Shown: positions 53,641 to 64,000 of the stretch, one piece after another | How positions within the stretch are numbered: position 1 is the first letter of the stretch | Layout of the letters: each line of letters begins with the position of its first letter | Source: Marsupella aquatica | Lineage: Eukaryota > Plantae > Marchantiophyta | Assembly: GCA_973895155.1 (NCBI GenBank) | Contig: OZ316894.1 | Coordinates: 2,000,457-2,064,456 of the forward strand | Reading direction: 5' to 3' | Length of the DNA stretch: 64,000 bases | Notes under the pieces: model-generated | What the model was told of the DNA's origin: nothing | Database searches by the model: none | Seen by the model: the letters and a program-made list of their open reading frames with translations, nothing else | Made by a program: the position numbers and the translations under genes

Positions 53641-55201
53641 TACCACTACTACTACAAAAGCTGTTCCTTGAAGGTAAATAAAATTGAAAACAACAAAAAA
53701 TTGAGAAAAAAAAATTATATATATATACTTTTTTCCCTTATCTTTGCACATGTATTTTTTTTTGCACCTTTTCGAGTTGTCTTACTCAGAGTCATTATAC
53801 ATTTTGTCTTTATTTGAGTTATAACCTAGAGACTTCACTCTAGAATATAGCCCTTAAAAATAGCTTCTGTTTGGGATTATATAGTAAGATATCTTGGTCG
53901 TCTCAAATTACTGTAGGTATTTGTTTCTTGGAGGTTTCTCCTTGCCCACATGCTCCTGGCCGGAAAGTGGACCAAAAATTTGCAGTTTACGGAAACCATG
54001 ATGGTCAGAAATTTGGTTGGTTGGCGCACTGGTGTTTGCAAAATATGTCGGTGGCCCTTCAAGAATGGTTCGAGCCCTTTGAAAAATCAATGATGGGAGC
54101 TGTTCTGCCAGGGCGTGGTATGGCACATTTCAAAGCAAAACCCGGGCAAGACAAATTTGACCTAAATCCCAGTTTTGCTCATGACAGCAGACACATATTT
54201 TCATCATGGCTATCCAATAATCTTAGGAATATGCAGGTTTGAGACCCCCTAATATAGTCCTCACTGCAGTCTGGGTGTAGGTTTGGACTTTGGAGGGAGG
54301 TGGCCAAAAAATGTGTGACATATCCTGACCTAGCTTGACGCACATCTTGTGGGGTTCTACCCCATTATCCAATGACCAGTTTCTTCTACTTTGGCCTGGC
54401 AGTAATTGGTGGTCAGTTCCCCACAACAATAATTAAATAACAAACATGGGGGTGCCCTGGGCACTGCAAAACACGGGGTGGAAAATTGTTAAAGCAAGAT
54501 TGGGGAATGTGAAGGAAATTAAGTTCCAAATGCAATATCTGAAGAGATTTGCATGAGGCCATATGCCCTAGAATCCATCAGATAGGCCACATGTTACGGT
54601 TCAGCACCTGTAGAAGTAGACAAAGAAAGTTTGTTGGCTGGGGCAAATTTTAACAGTTCCACCAAAATCCAGAAGCAAGTTATAAACACTTTTCTCCATG
54701 GAAGACCAAGTTAATTCTACATAAACATAGTGCAAAGCCAGAATATTGTTCTTGCTCTTTTGTTTTTTAGCTCTAAAAACAGTCTCCATCTTGAAAACTG
54801 GTTTACATCAAATGTTTAGAATAGTCCTAAAATTCTGGTTGAAACTTTTTTCCCATATTTTACGAGGATACTAAATCCACCAAACAACCAAAAACAAAGG
54901 AAAAAATAAGGTCCCAATGGCCAAGGAGCCCAATGAAGGGGAGAAAGGAGGAGAAAGGCCCCAAGAAAACCAAAGGTCCAACAAGCCAACTGGTCCCTCA
55001 CGTCAGCAAAAGAACAAGACAAAAACAAGGAACCCACAAAGAAGCCCAGACATCGTAATATATTATGTAATATATTGGCAGTGTAATATGTTTTTCCAAG
55101 AAGAGAACCTAAGCACAAGAAGTATAGAAGATTGAAACAGAAATGAAGAAAATGGACGGATGGTTGCACAACAAGTGAGCAGTTAGTTTCAGATCATTCA
55201 C

Positions 55202-55360
55202 GATTCATTTGTTTGATGGGACCACAAAATAAAATGTGTTATTTGATAGGACCCCTAAGTGATCCAGACCGTTGATTTACCTTGAATCGATGGACCCAAA
55301 ATTTCAAAGGTCCTATCATGTAACACATTTCCATTTGGGATCCCATCAAGCAAATCCCTC
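55202..55360. mobile_element. Mutator-like MITE related to 5364-5542
   Basis: Imperfect inverted arms of about 50 bp (atttgtttgatgggacc...atgtgttatttgataggacc vs ggtcctatcatgtaacacattt...tcccatcaagcaaatccctc). The right end matches tcaagcaaatacctc of the 5364 element. No TSD preserved. Confidence 0.7.
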
Positions 55361-56749
55361 GAGAACTCTGGCACCAATTGTGTGGGAACTCATGAATCAT
55401 GCTTTGCTCCGGCCAGTACTTTAATGCACAGTACTACAGCAGGACCAAGCGAGAGAGCAATTCGGCAGCTTGTGGGCGGAATTGAGCCAACGAGGCCGAT
55501 CCACGTGCACCACGCAAAGTATCCCAAAAGCCAAAATTTCCACTCATCGTTTCGGGAACTCAACATGGATGCGCCCCTTGCAATTTTACTGCAAGGGGAA
55601 TTTCCGCCGTCCGATTCAATGAATCGCACCTAGCCTTCCTGGACAACCCTTCGATTGAAGCATCTTGTCTGGTCAAGAGAACAGCCAACCCCAAGTCATC
55701 ACTCAGCAGCAGAGGCTTGGGTGGCGTCGTGCTTTCCGAACCAGCGACTTCGAATCTGTGCAGAGGTACTGCTCCTAAATTCTCGCACCCATCACATGTG
55801 CAGAGGTACTATAAATATGTAAAGGCTACTATCTTCATCGCGGTGTGCCATCTAGAATAAATAAATAATAATTTATAGGTATATTCGAATAGTTTTTCAG
55901 GTAGTACTTGTCGAGTCAAACTCGGAGACAGAGTATTCAAAGGCAACCTATAAAAGGAGGGAAACCCACGAAATACACTAAAACCCTACAGAATAGCCCG
56001 GTAGAGTTATAGAAAGGTCAGATGAGCACTGGAAACAAAAGAATAATATTTTGGCCTAATCTTTGTCAGTGGATGAGTGGAAGGAAAAATAATTAATGTT
56101 TTAGGGCCCAGGGAGGACATAGATTGGTCTAGGGCAGTAGATTCATGACTCATGAGCCTAGTCACGTCCGTGGTTGTGGCGGTACGCTTTCTTGCGGTCA
56201 GAAACAACCTCTAGTTACTGTACCCCCATTGACCCTAAACATTTGGCACAATGCCTGGATGGACCAGCGCAACCCAGAACTGACGAAAACCATTTCTTGC
56301 ACTCAGATAGCACACTTTATTTGCAGAAAACCGTACATTTTTGGTCACTAGCCACCATCCGTGTTGCGAGGTTCAAGTGGTCTGTCCACCAAATGGAGCC
56401 AGGATAGACCTATATGTTTGTCAAAATGCTTCCATGTATTTTTGTAACTCAGATGGACCCCATTGTATTCACAATGTGACAGTGAATATTTTTAATTAAT
56501 CTATCCAGATTGTATCGTTTTTGTCTAAAGTCCATGGGAGCATCATTTTCAGTCTGTCCTACTGTAGCATTACTCTCATGTAATTTTAATTCCAAAATGT
56601 TAAAATGTTCTTATAAATTAAACGAGTCAAATGGCATACCTACCCTAATGGAGTACGATCATAGGACGTTCCTTTCCTACCTGCTCCTTCCTTTTGTGAC
56701 CTGCATGGAAAGGACAAGGAGTGGCTGCGCTGTTATTTTCAGAGATGAG

Positions 56750-57465
56750 GAGGGGACTCCATAGACAACGAGGAGTCTGTCTACTGTAGGTACGAGACTT
56801 CATTGCAATTTTCTCTTTTAAAAAGTGATATTAAACAGGACGAAAGGAGGGGACTCCATAAATAACGAGGCCCAGTTTGGACTTGTCCGACTAAAAGGGC
56901 CTCTGAGGTCCGACAACTGACTTATGTCGCCCCGGTCTATCCTGGCCGGGTGACAGGGTAGGGCCGGGAGGGTGGCGGGTTGGGCCAGGGGGGTAGGGTT
57001 GGGGGTTGGTCGGGCAGCCAGGCGGGCCGGGTCGGGGGGTCGGTCGGGACTAGACAGGTCGCGAAGGAGAGGCCGGGCCAGGAAGGGGCGGGAGGGTTTG
57101 GGAGAGTCTGGGACCGGGCCGGGGATGGTTTGGGAAATTTTGGTCTCAGTCGGGGAATATAGAAGAATATCCGACAAATGACCCATTTTTGAGTCAACAA
57201 GTTATCATTTGTCGTGTCCAACAGTGAAAACTGGGGAACGAGGAGTCTGTCTACAGGAGGTAGAAGACTTCATGGCAATTTTTCTCTTCAAAAGTGATAT
57301 TAAATACAAAGAAAGGAGCATTGGCAATTATTTCTTTTAAAAATTGATATTAAAGAGGATGATAGGAGGGGACTCCATAGACAACGAGAGTCTATCTACA
57401 GTAGGTATGAGACTTCATGGCAATTTTTTCTCTTAAAAAGTGATATTAAATAGGAAGAAAGGAGC
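56750..57465. repeat. Tandem repeat of about 97-bp units (3 copies plus a partial), interrupted by a MITE
   Basis: The unit gaggggactccatagacaacgaggagtctgtctac...agacttcat.gcaatt...aaaagtgatattaaa recurs at about 56751, 56848/57237 and 57366. Confidence 0.85.
56871..57235. mobile_element. G-rich MITE (hAT-like, 7-8 bp TSD)
   Basis: Termini cccagttt ... aaactggg. Flanks are taacgagg (56863-56870) and gaacgagg (57236-57243). Neighbouring repeat units show the empty site caacgaggagtc. Confidence 0.8.
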
Positions 57466-58323
57466 AATGCTGGGTAAGTTTGGCAGCATCCAGGTACAGC
57501 CCACATTTTGCATTGACTGAAGGCCAACAATAGTGCCATGATGGACAAAGCACAACCTTATTAGTACCCCTTCCAGATTCCCCAGAGAGATATACTCAAT
57601 GGACCTCCAAATACAACTTGTTTTCTTAACTACCCAAATGATGCACATTATGTCCCAATGGACCTCTGGGCCCACCAAAGGTACCATTTTGTGTCAGATG
57701 TTCAAACAGGTACAATGTGGGATGTTCTATTGTTGTTGAGAGTCTGACCATGTTGCCAAATGAGTCCAACCTGACATCCAACTACAACCGCAATGTCAAG
57801 TGAATAGTTCACTCCACGACCGCAACAAGATACGGAACGTTGTAGTTAGAACTTGTACACATTGACAACAATGTATACACATAGTTAGAGGACTAGAATT
57901 TAAGGAGGACTGTAGCACAGGCATGTAAAATCATAATAAATGTGTGCATCTTGAACAAAATATAATATATTATGCAGAATGTATTTAGTCTAAGACCCGC
58001 CAAATTGTAAAGATAATCTTGGATCGGCCCAATGATAATTTTTGGCCAATCCTTCATTGCAGTTTGCACATCGTAATGGGTAGCCATAGGAGAGGAACAC
58101 GAGCAGGAACACAAGTAGGAACAGCAAGAACAAGCAGCACAAACAAAATGCCAAGAAATGAACCTAAACACAATGAGAACAAAACAGGCTTCTAATAGGT
58201 TTCGTGAAAGGAGGGCATGCTTCAATTTTAAAAATAGCTGAATTTTTAATATATTATTCACATTGTTGTTGGGGACTTTGCGGCGCTTGCATGCTTCAAT
58301 GCTGCCATAAACTCTTTCTTTTA

Positions 58324-58565
58324 TAGTTTGGATACAATAGCCATAATGTATCCAACCAAGCTGAGAGGCGGCACAACAACGCTTGGGTACTCCAATAGAG
58401 TCATAAGATGACTCATTTGTAGTTTGAATACATTAAACAGGCACAATGTATTTGACCAAGTTGGGAGCCGCCAGGCCTTGCTGCTACGCTTGGGTGCTCG
58501 GATGCAACCATAAGATCCCTCATTATTAGTTTGAATACATTAGTCACAGTGTATTCAAGCAAGGA
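58324..58565. repeat. Diverged tandem repeat of about 100 bp, about 2.4 copies
   Basis: tagtttg(g/a)ataca...tgtat...ccaag...acgcttgggt.ctc...cataagat..ctcatt recurs at about 58324, 58420 and 58527. Confidence 0.7.
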
Positions 58566-59112
58566 GGGCCGGAGACCATTGCACTTTCACACTTCGGTGC
58601 TAGCTCCATTGTGGCCAGGGGCTACGGCCTTTGTTATTCACTGACTGCATATTTGCCTTTTGATGTTCCTATACTTGATTAACCAGAGTGTTATCAGGAT
58701 GCATAGTCAGCCTGGACTGTGTGGTAAACAATTTCATAAGAACATTGCTCCATGGAGTCAAAGGTACACTAGGAAAGAATCTAAAATTTTGGGTACAATG
58801 GAATAGAATCTACTTTTTTTGGTCCATTAAGAGAAAAAGTTTGATTTAGAGGTTACACTAAATATATCTCCTGACTTGCAAATTATATTTATGCACTTTA
58901 TTTTGGGGTTTTAAAAAAACCAGTTAAAATTCATTAAAACGCCAGGATATAACAGGGGTGGCCCACAAAGGGGGTCATCACCCAGGTCAACCGAAGGTCG
59001 AATGCCAAAAAGACCCGACCGGAACCAGGAGTTTATCTGTTTGTACACTTTATGATATGCTATGAGAATGATCGAATCAATGTTCTATGTAATAATTATG
59101 GTAGTGCCTTTC

Positions 59113-60255
59113 CTTGGATCCCGTTCGTCTTCAGGCAGACCTCGCTGGGCGTATGCACACTTTCACCCTTTCCAGCATCCTCTCCGAGGCACCTGACACG
59201 GACCGAGCTCGAATTCTTTCTTCCGGAGGGAAGGGCGCAGGTGGATGGCTTCAGGCCAATCCAGTCATTCCTCATTTGCGGATGTCTTCAACGGAGTTCT
59301 CCACAGCCATGCGTCTTCGTCTGGGGCTGCCCCACCCACTTCTTGCAGGTTTACCTCCTTCTTGCACTTGTGGGAAGCCTTGTGATGCCACAGGTGTCCA
59401 TCTTCTTCGGTGCAGTTTGGGAGGTGAAACCATTATTGTTCACGACGCTGTGCGAGATGCGACTGCTCAGGTTCTCTCTGGCTCTTTGGTATGCGTGAGG
59501 CGGGAGGTGGTACTCGAGTTACCTGGTCCTCCATCACAGCGGTTACGGGTGGATCTTACCATGGTCCGTGAGGGTCAACGTACTTTGGCAGATGTTGTGG
59601 TGGCAAACCCATTGCGCCAAGACATCATTGGGACAGCGGCAACTACGGCAGGGGCAGCAGCGTCACGTGCGGCAACAACGAAGGAGGCCAAATATGCTGC
59701 ACGAGCTTCATCCGACAGCTTCCTCCCCCTTGCTGTGGAGCTATTTGGGCGTCTTCGTCCTCAGTTTGATGGGCTTCTTCGGCAAGCTGCCCGGGATGTT
59801 CATGGCCGAATGGGTCCCACCGGACCCCCGCTTTCTATTTTGACCACGCACTTTCGCCAACGCATTTCAGTCACCTTACAGCGTGCTCAAGCTCGGGCCA
59901 TCTATCGTCGATCTCTTACAGTGGGTGCTAGTGTGCCTCCGCAGCGGCTAGCTCCCCTTGAGGATGTTCCAATCCCACTTGCCGATCTAGTTTTGACTCT
60001 TGATGTGGACCATTAGCTTTTTGCCACAATCTGTAGGAATGATGAGGACCTCAGTCCGCTTGGGTTAGTTTTAGTCTCTCTCTTTCTTGGTTTTTAGGGG
60101 TTCCCTATTGTTCATTTCTTACTTTTAGTTCCTCTTTCTTGGTGTTTAGTGGTTCCCTTTTGCTCACTTCTTTTTTGATTGATTTTGTCCACTTGGGCCC
60201 TCTTTTGTTTGTTCATTTGTACTCTGTTTGGTCCCTTTGTATATAAAAAGTGTGT
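59113..60255 (+). mobile_element. 5'-truncated non-LTR retrotransposon, RLE (CRE-like) clade: open 300-codon C-terminus plus 3' UTR
   Basis: ORF 59114-60016 contains AGGWLQANP...AMRLRLG, zinc knuckle CTCG...HLLRC, HDAVRD, and PD-(D/E)xK-like RVDL...LADVVVANP...KEAKY...FLPLAVELFG, then RQRISVTLQR. A T-rich 3' UTR follows. A second copy lies at 52980-53640. Confidence 0.88.
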
Positions 60256-61340
60256 ATATTTAAACTTTAAAATTTTTCCTAAACCCTAAATTTTAGATCC
60301 ATGCATGCTCGGTTGACATAACAGAACCAATAGCTGCCTTTAATAATGGTGATCAGATCACTTTCCAAGTGCAATACGATAGTGCCTTTCAAATTCGGTT
60401 TAGATCCAGGAACGCTCCGACAGGTGGCAGAACATTATCAAGTGACTTTGCTTAAGTGCACAGTCTAAAAATGCAACCCTGGGTTGCACCAGGGCCGAGT
60501 TGTCCTTCCTTGTTTTTTCGTGATCATATTGCATTTTTTATAGTGCAATGAGGTCATAACCTTTCCAGCTCCTTTCTCTCTTTTAATTTTTTTTCTTTTA
60601 AATTGCTTTAAAGTCTTCTGCCTGCAAAGACTCTATGCCATCCTCTCCCGAGCAAACTACACATCACACCACCCAATAATAAAAAACGTCAAACACGGAT
60701 AGGGGATCCCAAAGCAACTCCCTATCCAACAAAAGCGAAAAAAATAGGGACAATCCCAAGAAGACCAAAGAGCCATGATGCCCAAAAGTCACCCACTAAC
60801 ACAAAGAAACTAAAGTCCTACTGAGCAGTAAACTGGAAAGCCCTGCTCTCTTGACTCTTCACATTTCCCTCCACATTTTCTTTTGTGGGGGACTCAACAT
60901 GGGGGTCTATCACACTTTTTTGCTCTTTTATCTTTCTGGGGTTTTCTTGTTTTTTCCCTTGTTATTGGGTGTCTTGCCTAAGGGTTAGCGTCTCCCTGTT
61001 GGGTGCCTCTGATGTTTTGGCAAAGAGAGGAACAATTTGGTTTGTTGAGAGGGTTGTATTATAAATTGTACTTGAATGCCTAAATTTTAAAACTACAGAA
61101 GAACTTGGATGACACTAGGTTTGCACTCCCTCACCCATCAAGTGCTTTCAACTCTACCTCTTCTTGTATTGCGCCATGAATACCTTCAATATTGTATTAT
61201 CCTATGAATGCCTTTAAGAACTTAGAGAATTGAGAACTTGGGTTTGTGTTATGCTTTGAATCCAAAGACAAGAACTTGGGCAATGGCACCATATCTATTT
61301 AGAACTTGATAGTGGGGCCTCACAACTCCACATAGAACCT

Positions 61341-61482
61341 GTGTGACTCACAGGTAAACAAATATATAATGTAGAACTTGAATGTGTGACTCACAAGATA
61401 AACTATTGTAATTTGATAGTGTGACTCACTGGATAAACTCGGGGATAAACTATGTACATCCTGTGTGACTCAACAGGTAAAC
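61341..61482. repeat. Four spaced gtgtgactca(c)...taaac motifs, period about 40 bp
   Basis: Copies at about 61341, 61384, 61419 and 61463. Confidence 0.7.
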
Positions 61483-64000
61483 GTATGAGCACAGGTCCCA
61501 CCAAGCCTTTTGCTGGTTTCTTAGTTGTAGAATTCCCTTAAAAAGGTGTTCAATAAGCTCCAATAAAAGTTACTTTTTTCTGTCAAAGTCAAAAGCAGAC
61601 TTATCCAGCAGAGAATAGATATTCTGCTGTGGAGCATGTGATTCTTTAGCGCAGCCACAAGGGGCTGTACCCAGGCCACGGATCTGGGATCTAGACCAGG
61701 AGAGGGTTAACCAGAGCCCCAAAACAGGCCAGCCAGGGGCTGAAGAGAAACTAGGATTCACCACTTGGTCACACTCAAGCTTGAGCAATCCGTATTGCTA
61801 GCAGTGGGTACTAATGCCTCTCAGCAAAGGCTGGCCCCCTTAGAGTACGTACATTAATGTCCTACTTGCAGGACTAAACTAGATGTGGACCATTAGAGAA
61901 TCACATTGTTGGGATGGTCGAATGTCCACCCATCATTTGCTTAGTTGGGGTAGGCATTTTGCCCTCCTTTTCTGTGTTTCCTGGTTGTCCTCTCTAGACC
62001 TCTTTTGCTTTCAATCTATTGTACTTTGTTTGGTCCCTGTAGATAAACTGATACTCTTTACTTCAAGGAAAAAAAATAGTTCAGTCAATGATGCAGTTCG
62101 ATATTCTACAATCGTATTTCTGTTCTGAGAATGACTTGTCATGCTATAGTTGGAGTTGAAGATTGTACTGTCTACCTTTACTCATTCATAGATTCTTTTG
62201 CAAGCCTTTTCTTGGTCTTATCTCTATTTCCCATCAAAGGAATGGGTAATCAGGCTAGTATAATATGTCTACCTTTTCTCATTCCTACATTCTTTTGCAA
62301 GCCTTTTTTTGGTCTTATCTCTATTTCCCATCAAAGCAATGGGTAATCAGGCAAGTATAATAAATCTACACTATGCATCATCCCCAAACTCAATTTACAG
62401 AGAATAAAAAAAAATAGCTTGCAAAATGAGCAACCATAGTTATTTTATTTTTTGGACAAAAGGGTCAATAATGGAGCCGCAGAATACTCCAGAGGTGGGC
62501 AGCAAAAACCCTTGACTTTTATTGAAAGGCAAAAGGAAACAAAGAGTCAATCATGACGCTGAAAACCCGGCTGAAAGAGGCCACACTCTACTGAGGATGA
62601 AAATCTTTTGTGGCATTAGAAAGGAGGCCAATACATCAAATAGCCAAACTGAACCAGTCAAAGGACAAGCAAGCATAATTGAGCTCAAATGACTAGGGAC
62701 AAAATATAATTAAATGTTCATGATCATTTGAACCACCAAATCTGAGCCTCCGTTATCACTACCCCTCAGAGTCACAACAATCCTCACTCTGATCCCTCAT
62801 TTGTGGTGAAAATGTCATAGGAAATCAAAGTTGACTCCATATCTCAGTGTCCCTCATGCTGCCTTGTCTCCAAAGGTCTAATGAAGTGATCAACATTTTT
62901 TTTTAAATAATTTTTTTTGAACATTGGCCATCTCACTAACCTCGATCCCTTGTTGCTGGAGAATGTGTGATGCAGGGCAGAACTTTTGATTGCTTGAGAC
63001 AACTTGACCAATGGAATCCCAATGGGACATACTTGGAGATTGAATTGTTGGGGCTAGTCTCAGAGACTGTATTGCTAGAGGAAATTTACTTGTGAGAAGG
63101 AATCACTTTGGGGATTTTTCTCATAAGGTTTCTCTGCAAGGCACCTCGGCCATTTTCCAAAATCAAAATTTATGGTGAAGGACAAGACACAATTTACAAA
63201 TTGGAACAACCAAATGAGGGAGGGAGACAAAATAGGCTTTGATTGCCACGTGTACACACATTGTTCCCTAGTTAAACATAATTCAACAAGTGCTCAATAG
63301 TTTTGCATGTTGTGATTGAATGCTAGTATTTGATGTTCATATGGTTTGTTATAGTAGTTTTATTCACAAGTAAGCTTTCAAATGAATTTTTGGTCATCCC
63401 TCATGGTCTTTGATGTTGTCATCCCAATATTCACCTAGCTTCTTGGTTGGTGTTGTGCCTGTCTTTGATGTGGTCTCCATTGCTTCACTTTGTATAAATT
63501 GAAAACAATTTTGTTTGCTCAACAGCCAGAAAAGGTATCAATCTCTTCAATGCAATATATGTGGCTATAATCTTCTTCAGCAATAGTTCAAAATAGTATA
63601 AACTCTCAAATGAACTCTTCGAGGTATTGCATGTGCATTTTCAGTTTGACAACTTTATGTGAGAGAAAATAATAAATAATCCATTCAAATTTTGGTTCTA
63701 CCTTTCATTGTCTGTCAATTGTCAGCATCCATGGAACCTCTAAGAACAGGTTTTTCTGTCTTTGCAAGTAAAGCTTGCAATATCCCATGGGAATGGGGGC
63801 CAAAACGTGCAATGGCCAACAAACAAGTGAGCCCAGCAAATAGCCCACAAAAGCCGAGCCCAAGGGTGTCAAGAAATCCACAATTATGAGAGTTAGATGT
63901 ATTCAACTCAGTTTTTACTTCTGCCTTTCTTCCTTCTCTGGGTCCATTACAAGATTGGTGCAAGGCTCTAGCTGAAAACAAAACAATAGTAAATTATAGT

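Noticed and set aside
56818-57221. Pro-rich and Gly-rich ORFs on both strands
   Set aside because: Translation of the G-skewed MITE.
62900-64000. Minus-strand gene or transposase remnant
   Set aside because: Short ORFs only, with no consistent splice chain or recognisable motif.

Overview
Eukaryotic land-plant nuclear DNA with GT-AG spliced genes. A bryophyte-grade or other non-flowering lineage is inferred, not proven. I reconstructed eight complete genes whose joined exons stay in frame: a GDSL esterase/lipase (+), ESF2/ABT1 (-), a plastid DnaJ + 4Fe-4S ferredoxin chaperone of the DJC76 type (+), meiotic ZIP4/SPO22 (-), NAA50 N-terminal acetyltransferase (+), a hydrophilic LEA-like unknown protein (-), a small Cys/His zinc-binding protein (+) and a PSPG-box UDP-glycosyltransferase (-). 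The window also holds the 3' three exons of a papain-like (RD21-type) cysteine protease (+) and a frameshifted coiled-coil pseudogene. Intergenic and intronic DNA is rich in mobile remnants: two inverted, 5'-truncated copies of a restriction-like-endonuclease (CRE-type) non-LTR retrotransposon, a tRNA-derived SINE with a 16-bp TSD, Mutator-like and G-rich MITEs, LINE-like tails, and many local tandem duplications, including 184-bp and 37-bp arrays between ESF2 and the DnaJ gene. There is no CRISPR array, rRNA or bona fide tRNA. I cannot demonstrate a new multi-gene system. The strongest novelty candidates are the RLE retroelement family and the duplications that copy both the start and the stop region of the small zinc-protein gene.
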